Positions 1-11,311 of a stretch of DNA of 64,000 nt are shown one piece after another. A model generated the notes under the pieces. It had not been told where the DNA came from and made no database searches. It was given only the letters and a program-made list of their open reading frames with translations. This DNA comes from Tubulanus polymorphus (Eukaryota; Animalia; Nemertea): assembly GCF_964204645.1 (NCBI RefSeq), contig NC_134031.1:19847910-19911909 (forward strand), written 5' to 3'. The position numbers were made by a program, and so were the translations under genes. Position 1 is the first letter of the stretch, and the number at the start of each line of letters is the position of its first letter.

Positions 1-791
1 ATCCACAATAATCTATCGTATGAGTTATACGTTAATTTTTGCAAAAAGGTTGAAATCAGTGATATTGTTAATTTCTTCACTTTTCTTATTCAAGGTACTG
101 TTCCTCCAACTAAAAGGTCATGCGTATTGGTGGACATTAATGCTATTGCACGCGAAACATATCCAAACTCTGGCAAGAAATAAGGTACCATATATAACCA
201 GTCAATGCTCGAGACTATTTTCTTAGAAAGTAAACTCCGCAATACGATATTATACAAAGTTCATTCGCGTCTTTCCTTTCAGACTCGAAAAAGGAAGTTT
301 GGCGGTTGTAAATGAATCGATTCTAATTTTGAATATACCGTTATTTGTTTGTAAAACTCCAATTGATTAAAGATAACACGGTTTAAAAAATAGATACGCG
401 TCAATGTTTTATAAGTTGATTTTGGAGGATAGCGTTTGGTGACCTGGAGGAACACAAACTTGACGATATAAGAAAAGGTATGAATTATCAAATTTTTTAT
501 GCTCCATTCGCATGTGAACCTTCATCAAGGATTGATTAACGAACCTACGTCATGGGTACATTACATCGCCCATATGCGAAACGACATGTTGAAAAAAACG
601 ATTTATTTCATTGTTCTATAACATAAATGTCAATATAACGCGTGAAATTTCATCATTTAGATACAATAGATATTAGCGAAATAGACGCATATCGTCAATC
701 TAAGTAAACTCCAGTCGGCTCCGTCAAAACGGTCTTTAACATCTCTCTCAGTCGACGCGTAAGAGCCGGTTGGATCCCCGCAGAATAAGAG

Positions 792-1881
792 ATGAAGTCT
801 TGTGGATTTATCCTGGTTTTAGCGGTAGTTGTTTATTCGGTAAGCTCAGGAAATAATTGTTTGGGTCATTTTTTCATTACAACGTCGATTCATTTATCCA
901 TTCTTACTAAAATCAAATGGAAAATTAATTGTTATTATTCAAACGTACCCGGGAACCTTTTTCCAGGCTAGTAAATTTCTTGCTGCTGGTGGTTTTGTCT
1001 GGATCAAATTGCCGTAAACATCTGAATTACTCTATTTTGGATGTTATATCTGTAGAAACTGTGGTATCTAAAGATAAAGAATTGCATTAGAAATATATCT
1101 TTTGAGCCGTTTCTTAAAGTACTTTATTTACCGATTTTTAATGCATCGGCGTATAAAAATATTCATTTGGATAATCTATAGGTAACTTGTGCAACGATTA
1201 GAGATGGAAATAAAAACGAAGTTCCGGTCGTACATGATATGAATACGACAAAGGTTGAACCGCAAGAAGCCGCCTTATGTAACAGTGTAATGACGAACAA
1301 AGCATGTAGGTCGAAGGAGGATTGTTACGACGAAGGAAAGGGTTATTCATCATGTTCTTTGTATTGTTCAGCTATAACCGATGAAACGGGTAGGTTTTAA
1401 TTTGTTTTGGTCTGTACCCATGCGGATATCTGTTCAGTGGTTCGAACTAAGGAATCCATTTGAAAGACCTCGAGATATACGTTTTTTTAAGGAATCATAA
1501 TCCAATGCCATGTAAGAAGGGAGTAAACTCAATCGTTGAGAATTAGTAAGAATTAAACGCAAATTCGCGTAATCTTTTAAACATAAAGCTGTTTAGATGC
1601 CTAACTTTTCCTTGCGCAGTATGTGACAGTGAGGAGACGAGTTTCGTCAAATATTTAAACCAAATCATACTCAGTTTTGTAGTTTTCATTGTTTATATCT
1701 TTATTTCTATCTGTATGTAATAGAAAAATACATTTCGTTTACATTTGTATTATACATTTCATTTCTTTTAGGAAAATTGTACTCTGATGACGAGCTTCTT
1801 AAGGTTGGCAGGTGTGAACTCCCTAATCCCCAAGCTGCAGCACTGGAAAAGGCTGCAAAAGACAAAAGTAGCAGTGGTTAG
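792..1881 (+). CDS. Small secreted cysteine-rich protein, 3 exons (792-839, 1182-1389, 1772-1881), 121 aa; function unknown
   Basis: Spliced by eye using GTAAG and GTAGGT donors and TAG acceptors, with phases 0 and 1 matching. Protein: MKSCGFILVLAVVVYS|VTCATIRDGNKNEVPVVHDMNTTKVEPQEAALCNSVMTNKACRSKEDCYDEGKGYSSCSLYCSAITDET|GKLYSDDELLKVGRCELPNPQAAALEKAAKDKSSSG*. It has a hydrophobic N-terminal signal-like segment, and AATAAA lies at 1924-1929. Confidence 0.8.
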
Positions 1882-3500
1882 AAAAATGGTAGGTTCTGAT
1901 ATGCTATACACTATACTGAGTTCAATAAAATCGTTAAAGTTTGATTTTTTAAGCAATTTCATACTTCATTTACAGCGAAGTTGTAGACCGGCAGTGAAGT
2001 ATAGATAGACCCCGTTAGCGAAGGATCTTTTCTGGACTCAAATATATAATTAAATGTATTCATCGGACGGAACGACTAATCTTATGAAAAAAAAAATACA
2101 TTGAAAAACGCTTTTATCAATTCTAACTGTCACCCTGGTCATATTTGTTCTATAACGTTCTGTTATAATATGAATCACCAAAATCAAATAAAATTCTAAA
2201 GTGGAAATACGATTGGACCATTGTCGCGTTGGGTTTTATTTCAGAGAAATGACTCGAAATTTCACGTTGGTTTATTTGGAATGGATCTCGATATTTCATA
2301 TGTGCGTTGCGTGTTGTATACGTTATTTGTATTATAACTATTATATACTTATTCAAATATCGACAGCGCGTGAAACAAACCGCTATTATACACACGTACA
2401 CGCACAATTGATAAAGATAGCCGACAAAATTCGTAACATGTGTTTGTTAAAAACACGGTAATAGGAGTTGGTGCAGCTGTGTCCGAGGGAGTTTCGCTGG
2501 ATCGAATAGTATCCCGAAAAACCATGATATTGAATTAAAGTTCCAATATGAAATATTGTCAGCTGTGTAGGCTCCGGTGCTTATATGTCATATACCCTGG
2601 ACTTATTTTTTTCTGTTATCAATCTCTATAAATCTGTTTTTAATTCCCCCAGCCAATAGAGGTTTGTATTTAGAAATAACCAATCAATACATAGATTTGA
2701 TCTCATGTATATGAAATATGTTGGCACGCACTGACGAATCAGCGCTCGGCGCTGAGTGGGAGTCGCGGAGTCTATTTGCAATGTGAAGCTGTTAAATCAA
2801 TGACTCTACTAGAAACCTTTCATTTTTCAATTGAATTAGATTACGTTCTTACTTTATTTTCATTGCTTGTCATTCCCGTGTAAAATCATTTTATAAGGAG
2901 CAGTAAAATTTCACTAGTTCAGTTCCCAGATCCTGACACAAGTGAAATCTTCTTTTCGCCAAACAAATTATAAAACAGTCACTCTATTTCGTGGATATGT
3001 TGTCTAAAATACCTGTCGTTAAAAATGGTTGGTTTTTTATACTTCGTACGCTGTAATGACGAAAGTTCGGATGCCTGATTAATTACAAATGAACAATCTG
3101 TGAACCCGCAATAACTTTATGGTTCTGTTAATGACACGCAAGTTTGACTGTCACCTCGCCCTCAATGGCCAACTTGAGTGAGATTTGGTGCAGTCGTTTC
3201 TTTATCCAAATTACCGGACTCGTCAGTGGAGAAACTCCCCGTAGACGTCAAGTGTACTGTTCTATATGAATATTACTTTTTAACTGCAAAGTTTCGGCTT
3301 TATTCTATCAGTCATAATTAGACAATTCGTGTTTCTATGGTGGGATTTTCTACGTATTCGCGTTCCACGGAAACTGTGTATGCCCATTCTTGACCAACCG
3401 GAGGAGTCCCTACAGTTGGAGCAATCCACACAATTCTAACCCTGGCAATCAGTGACGCGAGACGGCATGTGTGGTACTATGCGCCGTATTAGTAATTATT

Positions 3501-3554
3501 CTAGACTGGTTGCCTGTCCCTCTAACTGAAGGTAGAGACCGGCAGCCAGTCTAG
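3501..3554. mobile_element. Tiny hairpin MITE-like element (TAGACTGGTTGCC...GGCARCCAGTCTA family)
   Basis: Terminal inverted repeat is visible. Related copies lie at ~24894-25017 (nested) and 56340-56384. Confidence 0.6.
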
Positions 3555-3750
3555 AACCCTTGATTGACAGGTTTTGTTGTTTATATTTGAGGTAAATATA
3601 GTTTACTGAATTATCACCAATATTTACCGTTTAAAATGTTTGACAGTGGAACATTTGATCAGCATCATATTCTAAGATGTTGTCTTTATCTGATATGATG
3701 CGTTTTTTCAACGTTCAATACGTTTCTAAGTGGTGGAATGGCATTTGAAT

Positions 3751-3965
3751 CACAGCAGGGGCTCGTATATTTGAAGTTGGGGGTGAACTGTAGCTTAGAT
3801 CATCCAGTATCCCTGGAAACCTAACCCTAATCCTAACCCTAATCCTAACCACTAGTCCCCTATTCTTGAATCTTACCAAAAGAATATATAGTGCCAGGGA
3901 TACTACCTACTGCTGGATGATCTAAGCTACAGTTCACCCCCAAAGTTCAAATACGAGCCCCTGTG
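3751..3965. mobile_element. Non-autonomous DNA transposon (MITE) with ~60-bp TIRs, 8-bp target-site duplication and telomere-like core
   Basis: Left arm CACAGCAGGGGCTCGTAT...GTAGCTTAGATCATCCAG is mirrored by CTGGATGATCTAAGCTAC...ATACGAGCCCCTGTG. ATTTGAAT is directly repeated at 3743-3750 and 3966-3973. The interior contains CCTAACCCTAATCCTAACCCTAATCCTAACC. Confidence 0.85.
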
Positions 3966-4712
3966 ATTTGAATAGATATCATGATTGATAGACACTTCTG
4001 TCTAATCAGTAATTGTGGTGTGGCTAATTAAAGCTGGGATTCCTGGAAATCTTCTATACCGGTGTACTACAGGTTTAGAAGTGACTGAATTTTAAGTGTG
4101 TCTGGCTCTGTGATGGGTACCCCACTGCTAAGATTGTCAATCAAAAATTATTTTCCTAAATCAATGAATTAGTGTATTAAACTAAAATTCGCTAAATTAT
4201 TAATTGTCTTTACTAAAAGAACATTAAAGTTTCCCCAATAATGTTCTACATTATACTAATCGATCAAAGATGTCAAATCAACGAGTATGAAAGTAAACTA
4301 AACACCTAAACTAAATCATTGTGTTTATTAAATTTCTAATCAATGAGTTAAATAAACCCAAAGGCTAGAAAGGGAGTCTCTGTCTTTCTCCAAACTTTTT
4401 CTAGGAGGATAACCACAGGCTCTCCAAGCCTATCACAGATCGTTCTTTACTGATAACGATGATGTACTTTACCTTACGATGATCCTAACATAGACCTAAC
4501 CTAAATGCAATTCAGTTCTAGACCAATTATAGTCTAGTAACTAGCCGTTGTTCCCCAAACAAGGAACCCGGAACAACAACTGGTATTCAGACTAGACCAA
4601 TTTGAGACCTAATGATTGCTAAAATTACCGCTCAGTGCGAGATCATGGAAAACAATCAACTGTTCAGAATCGTCATTATTTACGTGTCTTAATTTCTTGA
4701 TTACAGCTAAAA

Positions 4713-5900
4713 ATGATGGCGACGGCGTGTGTCAAATGTGAGACAATCATTAACAACAGTTTAACGACTGGTCATTGTTGTTCCTGCTTGAAATTGTTAT
4801 CTCATCAGTCGCCAGGCAACCATGTCGTCGCAGAAGAATCTCGCCCAGTCGAAAAAACTGATAGCGATGTCGCGGAACTTCGCAGAACATCTTCATTATT
4901 GACGATCGAAGAGGCCCGGACGTTTTTAAAAGACGTTCTGCGTTTAGAAGACGACGATGTCATCGCCGCTGTCAACGGAATGAAAAAAGAACGTCTCGAT
5001 TTCCTAAATCGAATAATCCTCGCGATTTATCACGCGACACCTTTTCAGAGTATCAGTTTATTGAGTATGGATCCGGATACACGTCACGTACCGACGTGGC
5101 TCGAGATTAAAGACGCAATGTTCACGAAACAAGGCGGTCTGTGTCTGGTTCTGAACGCGTTCCTACACGAGTTACTTCTCGCGCTCGGGTTCGAAGTTTA
5201 CATCGCCTATTCCCTCGACTATTTCGATATAAATTGCGACCATATCGTCGTGATTGCCGAGAATGTCTCCGCGCCGGGCGACCGATATTTAGTCGACGTC
5301 GGTTTCGGCTATCCGATATTCGAAGCGTTGTCGTTGGATTTCGACGGCGATCACTCGCCGGCGTACGAAATGTCGTATTGGACGATACGCTTGGCTCGGG
5401 ACCGCGGCGAGGACGATTGCGACCGCGGCGAGGACGGCTGCGACCGGTTCGTCGTCGAAAGCTACGACGGAGGAATTGAAGAGCGTCGCACGCTGCAAAA
5501 CGTCGAGTTCATTGAAGATATGATAATTCCACAGAACGCGCGTTGGCTGGAGGAGTTCACGTTTCAAACGAGGCCGTATTCGTTGGAGGAATTTCTGAAG
5601 AAGATGCACTCGCTATATTGCGAACCGTCTGATAGTTATTTCCTCAATAATCTCCATGCGGTCATGTTCAAAAATCAGGTGGCGTTCGCGTTTAAAAATT
5701 CGGCATTGCTGCTCGAGGATGATTCAGGTAATTTGAAAGCAGAAGTTTTAACAAGCGACGAAAGGCTTCGCGACCGTATTTTAGAATATTTCCCGCAGTT
5801 CACGTCGCAAACAGTCAACGCCGCTTTGAGAAATCTGCGCTCGAACCAAAAGCAATTCCCTCACTTGAACGCAGCGAAAATAAAACACAGAATTGAGTGA
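4713..5900 (+). CDS. Arylamine N-acetyltransferase family protein (single coding exon)
   Basis: 395-aa ORF with NAT motifs PFQSI (PFEN-like), GGLC (catalytic Cys), DHIVVI (His) and YLVDVGFG (Asp). A splice acceptor TTGATTACAG just upstream suggests a 5' UTR intron. Confidence 0.9.
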   Translation: MMATACVKCETIINNSLTTGHCCSCLKLLSHQSPGNHVVAEESRPVEKTDSDVAELRRTSSLLTIEEARTFLKDVLRLEDDDVIAAVNGMKKERLDFLNRIILAIYHATPFQSISLLSMDPDTRHVPTWLEIKDAMFTKQGGLCLVLNAFLHELLLALGFEVYIAYSLDYFDINCDHIVVIAENVSAPGDRYLVDVGFGYPIFEALSLDFDGDHSPAYEMSYWTIRLARDRGEDDCDRGEDGCDRFVVESYDGGIEERRTLQNVEFIEDMIIPQNARWLEEFTFQTRPYSLEEFLKKMHSLYCEPSDSYFLNNLHAVMFKNQVAFAFKNSALLLEDDSGNLKAEVLTSDERLRDRILEYFPQFTSQTVNAALRNLRSNQKQFPHLNAAKIKHRIE

Positions 5901-8423
5901 ACAGATGATTTGTAGTAAAGATGGGGGGGGTAAAAATCGGCCACGGCTTCATGTACTTCAGGTGTTGGTAACCTAGTGTCACATCAGTAAATGTGAAGAC
6001 TGGCAGGTCCCTATAACTCCTTGATACCTTGAAAGCTCTTCTAAACAGAACATGCTTTTGGAGGTACTTGAAAAGTTAATTTTATTAGAGATATAATTTT
6101 ATTAGAGGTCTTCATCAGAAATAGGTTTATTTATTCTGATGAACCTACAATACACTAGTGGAGTTCATATTTTTAATAAAACCACGTTAAATGTACAGCG
6201 TAGGCTTACTACCAGTCTCTACATTTACTAATATGTACTTTAGGACTAATGCTTAGGATTGGGGATGGATGGAAGGGGTTTGAAAATTTAAAAAAAAAAA
6301 AAAAAAGCTTTTGACATTCTTTATGAACGACGGCAAACTCGATATGGCCATTCTTAGTCTATTCCATTCGTAAAAACTTTGAAATAATTCACTGTAATCT
6401 AAAGCAAATTTCAGTGTATGATTTCTGTTGAAATGAAATTTGCTTATTTTGATACTAAATTGAAGGGAAATACAACCATGACTCCAAAGAGGGATATGTA
6501 TTACAAAACTAGGCTAAATATCGTTCAGATTGCTAAATATTAGATTGATATTTTTCTATTATTTTACAACAACCTCTACCAGAATTTGCTAATTTCCCAA
6601 CTCGGAAAAACGATTTGTATTTTTAAGATTTTTAGATGAATCTAGAAGTTAAGGTTTATACGAGTGTTGATCAATTATACCAAGCTGGCTAGAACTTAAA
6701 TTTGTATATCAAAATCTATTGAAGAAACCTGTGTCGATAAGGTATCTTTGTTACGCTTTACTTAACCCCTCTAGCACTTTTGACTTATATGAACTTTCAA
6801 GAGAGTTATGTTATCGATATATCTGTTTGTGCCAAAACTCAACCAATCATGGGCATTACTGGTATTAGATATTGTTGTCAGATCACATTTTTCAATGGGG
6901 TCAACTGATAAAGTCATGTTTGCTGAAAAGGGTTCTTCAGTTCAGATATTTGTTCTTGACCTAAACAAACTAGGCTAGCATTATATTATAGATTTTATAT
7001 TTTTAAACGATAGTCATTAGGTGCTAATAAGCTGTAAAAAGCTCAATAATTTGTGGTGCTGGGCTAGCAGTAATTTAATCTTCTGGAAATTTCAAATTAT
7101 CTCGATAATTAAAGCCATATGAAATAGATAGCTAGCTTTAGAAACGGATTTTGTGTCGAGGTTTAAACCTACGTTAGATAATAATATGTTAATAAACTGT
7201 AAGTATATTAATGAGTTAATGTATACAATTTGATATTGAAATATAACGTATATACCAAACGTATCCAGGGTAAATAAGGCACGAACCTTATGTTGAACAT
7301 TGTCACTGCTATTGTTAATTATGGTATTTGTAGATTATAGATCTTATTGTTACACGATGAAAAAGGATTCAAATCTCGCGTAGAATTAGAAATCAATGTA
7401 ATTGAATGTTAATGTCGATTCAACTCTCTCCACTTGTTGATTCAGATGTGAAGGCTGTGCAATTTTCTGAAGTCTGAAGCTGTAAATTCTATTGCGACAA
7501 CATTATTTGTATAAAAATTAATGATGTTTTATTGTTATACATGTATATAATATAATGTATAATAACTGGTGGTTTCCAATTGTGTTTAGTGTTTGTGCAT
7601 GAAAATAGATCCATCTATAAATGGCTTATTGCAATAAAATTGGTTGATAGATTAATATTCTATGAGTGCCTGGTGTTGAATTCAAAAGGTGATTAATTAT
7701 CTGCTCCGCTATAAAATCAGACACATTCATATGGAGACTTAAAGCTTTGCACACTGCCCGTAAAGAAGTGCTCGTGTTTCAAATTCCAGGTCTGTTCGAA
7801 GGAAAGGACCTAGCTCCATAGTCCCCAGAGTCAAAACATTGTAAATTAACTGATTTTAACTGCTTTTAAAAGTCACAAGATGTGGGGAACTGCGGAACTG
7901 GATACAGTAACCCCTGCCTTACTGGTAGCATACAGAGAAGCAAGTGATTGTCTGAATACTGAGCTTACGGTAGACTAGAAAATTAGTCATTGAGATATCA
8001 ACGTCCACGATTACGTGAGATGGTTTCCAAGCAGAAATGAGAGAATGGAACTCACGGCTTCTCAGTGGGATAAGGTGTGATGCCGTTAAAATAACTATCA
8101 GTACTTAGTGAAAAACGGGTTCGAGTCCAACTGGCTGCTTACAGCGTGCGAGCTATACTTCAAAGGCTGTACCATCAACAATCAAATCGGGTTAGAGTCG
8201 GAAAACCAAGATCAGAACGATGACATAAAGCAAAGACAGAACTGTTTCATCCTTTCAAAGCGAAAAATAACAAACAATTCTCAATTCACAATGATGAATG
8301 CATTTTATTGTCGACACAATCAGCAAATATTAAAACTAAAAACAGACACAACATTCATAATCACACAACCTCACTCACTCCTCACAAACTATTAATATAT
8401 CACATATGATCGATATAGAATTG

Positions 8424-10133
8424 TTAGGTATTGCCATCGGGTTCGGTAGAATTGCATTCATCTGTTGCGTTTGTCGATGAATGAACATCGCTATCATTAG
8501 CAGTTCGTAGTTTCTTCTTAGCGCGCGAGTCGGCCATTACTTGTTCGATTGTTCTTTGATCGCGTTTATTTTCACTTGGCACTGCAAAAACAAATGTTTC
8601 ACGACGTGAAAATATGTCGTTCATAATCAGAGTAACAGCTTAATGGGGTAAAAAGTTCCTGGTTCCAACTGTATCAATTAGGCGTAGTTAAATGTACAAG
8701 TGCAAACATTTCTAATTGCCTTTTTCTCAAAATTGAAGGAGGTTTGGGAATTTTGCTCAAATTAAAAGAGTTTCAAGCACTTAAAAAGTATTTTCTGTTT
8801 TGAAGGAGTCTTTAAGGAATCAAGGAGTCATAGGGAACCCGAGGAGTACACACAGTTAAAGGTTCCTCGTTGAAATGAACGGTGATTTTCTTACCGTTTC
8901 CGTATTGTCGATTAGCAGTAGTTAATCGTGCTGCGTCTTTCGCCGCTTCTTTCCCGATCAGACGTTCGTAACGTTCCTGATAATTCGAAGCCGGAACCAT
9001 TTTATCTTTATTACGCTTTGATTTCGCTTGAAGTTCATTTTCGAGTTTTTCCTGTTCGCGTTGTTGCGCGATTTCCAGCGCTTTCTCCTCGTTCCATTCA
9101 TCGCCTTTCCGTCGCGCTAACAGTTCATCGTCAGACGGCGCAAATTCCTGTCAGAAATAACAAAACTCATCAAGTACAATTGATTCATTCCAATAAGGGG
9201 CAGACGAAAATTACGTGCTTACATCGTATTGGGGGGTGGGGGAAAAGTCTACGTTCTTATCTATAGGGGATCTTTCTAACTAATAAGCACTCAAGAATTT
9301 CATTATGTAGTGCCTATTACTCCAAATACCGGTAGTAGAGATTTTCAAATAGGAATTCTGTGATTTCTGTACAGAATTTTTGATGTTTTTGATGTCTCCT
9401 TTATCCTTAACTGCATTACAGAACATGTCGGGATGAGGGGGGTTTAAAAAATGGTAATATTGGCCGCATGCACCACACACCTTTTTCCAAACCATAACAT
9501 ATCTATCAGTTTCTTCAAGTCCAAATGAAAATGAAGTTAGTCCAGCTGTATCTGCAATTTCATGTCTGAAAATATATAGTGACTCAGAGAATTCAGTAAA
9601 TCTTCAGTGGGTCGAATTTTGTGGCAGGATTCCGTTCCAAAGTGCTCGCTTCAACTTTTCAAATGAAGATTCTAACCTTGATAATCATGATGCTATCAGG
9701 TCCGAACGGTATACTTACAGAATCGCTCTGTAAACTTTATCCATAGGTGAAAATCTGTGATTTTCTTTAGTTGAGTCTTTGATAAAGTCGTGAATCGCTT
9801 TTCGATTCTGAAATAACAACAATTCCATCGTTGATTCATTCAGGAATTCCAACATGAATTTACCGGCATAGGAACTGGGAACAACAAAACATTGAGATCG
9901 TTCCTACCTTGTCGCGGAATTGATTAAGCCTGGCTTTTTCATCTTTCTGCTGTTTCTCCAACCGTTCTTTTTCAGCTTAAATAAGAAATATTCATTCACT
10001 GAAAGCTTATCCTTCTAGAACTTCAAACATTTAAAAAATAATTGAATTAATTACCTTTTCTTTTCTTTCTTTCATCATCGGCTATCGCTGGAGGTTTTTC
10101 CATCGAACCCAAAATTGAACCCAATAAATCCAT
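8424..10133 (-). CDS. SPAG7: Sperm-associated antigen 7 homolog (R3H-domain protein), multi-exon
   Basis: The first exon reads MDLLGSILGSMEKPP. Later exons read HEIADTAGLTSFSFG, EFAPSDDEL, PASNYQERYERLIGKEAAKDAA and VPSENKRDQRTIEQVMADSRAKKKLR. These match the known SPAG7 sequence in order. Confidence 0.93.
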
Positions 10134-11311
10134 TTTCACTGGTCACAGGGTGTAGTTAGTAATAATGGGTAAATTAATAAGGTAATGCCAGTCAGTGGCA
10201 GTGTGCGTCAGTCAGAACAACGAAGGCTTCTTAAACTAACTATGAATCTGAAAAAGACATTGCAGTTACATCAAAAAAATATGTACCGGGTATTCTAATC
10301 GACAAAAAGCAAGCATTTCATCGGGCCTATTTTCTTATTTTTGAAAATCGAAAGAACTACAAATCAAAAGTTAGTATAAAGACGTTTTATTTCGATATTT
10401 AGTACGACCACTTTAACTAAAAAAGCCTCTTATTTGACGCAGTTTGGTCGTCTTATTAGAATCTTAAATACTTGTCAAACTAGAAAATGCCTAATTGTAA
10501 CGAGCTAAGGCAATTATTGGGCAATATTCAGTTCACGAATCATAGAATCCGGTTTTAAAGGCAAGATATTCGCAAATAGTAGCTCTTACTTTGGAGATTA
10601 GACGCCATATTACATGTACAGGCACATGTCACCATACATGTGCATGTATATCCTACAGGTACATGTACTGCGCATAGAAATGTAAAATCATTAGACGACA
10701 TGACGAATGTTATGTACACCGACATTCTCTTTGATGTAGCTTTATTAATATACTTACATCATATTCAATAATTCCATCTTAATATCAAAAATTTTAATTC
10801 AAATGATAAAACATCGGAATATCGATATTTCTGGGGTATAATGGGAATTCACCCAAATACGTTTCGTGTATATTAGTTTTCCATAGTATTTTCGCTACTG
10901 CTGCAACTTCTGTCTCATCTATCTCGACATCATCAGGACCAACCACCCGCAGTTCGTACACCAGTATCGTATCGCTATTTATCTTCTGAATAACTAATCA
11001 ATCTGTCATATAGCCTGTAAACAGCAGTATTTGTATTCTAATTTGTAGAGAGAAAGAAAAAGAAAAGTAACCGATCCGGCAACTTGAAACCCTCTCTCAA
11101 TAATCCTAATCGTCTCACTCGGTCTCACTCACTGTGCTGCGCCTGGGTGCCCGCAGACCTTGGGCTTGGCTGCATTCAGACACTTCTTTCAACGAACTCT
11201 ATCCATTATTTCCGATATAAGGGATAACTGTGATGTAAGATCATCTGAGTCTGAGTAAGAACGCTATATTTCATGTAGATATTAAAACGGTATCAAATAT
11301 CAATTTCTAAG

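Noticed and set aside
5141-5609. Overlapping and antisense ORFs within NAT (likewise within the LIM gene, ALG14, the GPCRs and laminin)
   Set aside because: These are shadow ORFs expected from codon bias in real coding sequence, with no independent signals.
7740-8395. Coding-looking stretch including ORF 8108-8395
   Set aside because: The frames examined upstream of the ORF contain stops, the ORF starts with GTG, and no motif is recognisable. It partly overlaps the probable SPAG7 3' UTR.
10610-10670. p53-like response elements in an ACATGT cluster between SPAG7 and the LIM gene
   Set aside because: The flanks do not fit RRRCWWGYYY pairs, and short TACATGTA-type repeats are unremarkable on their own.
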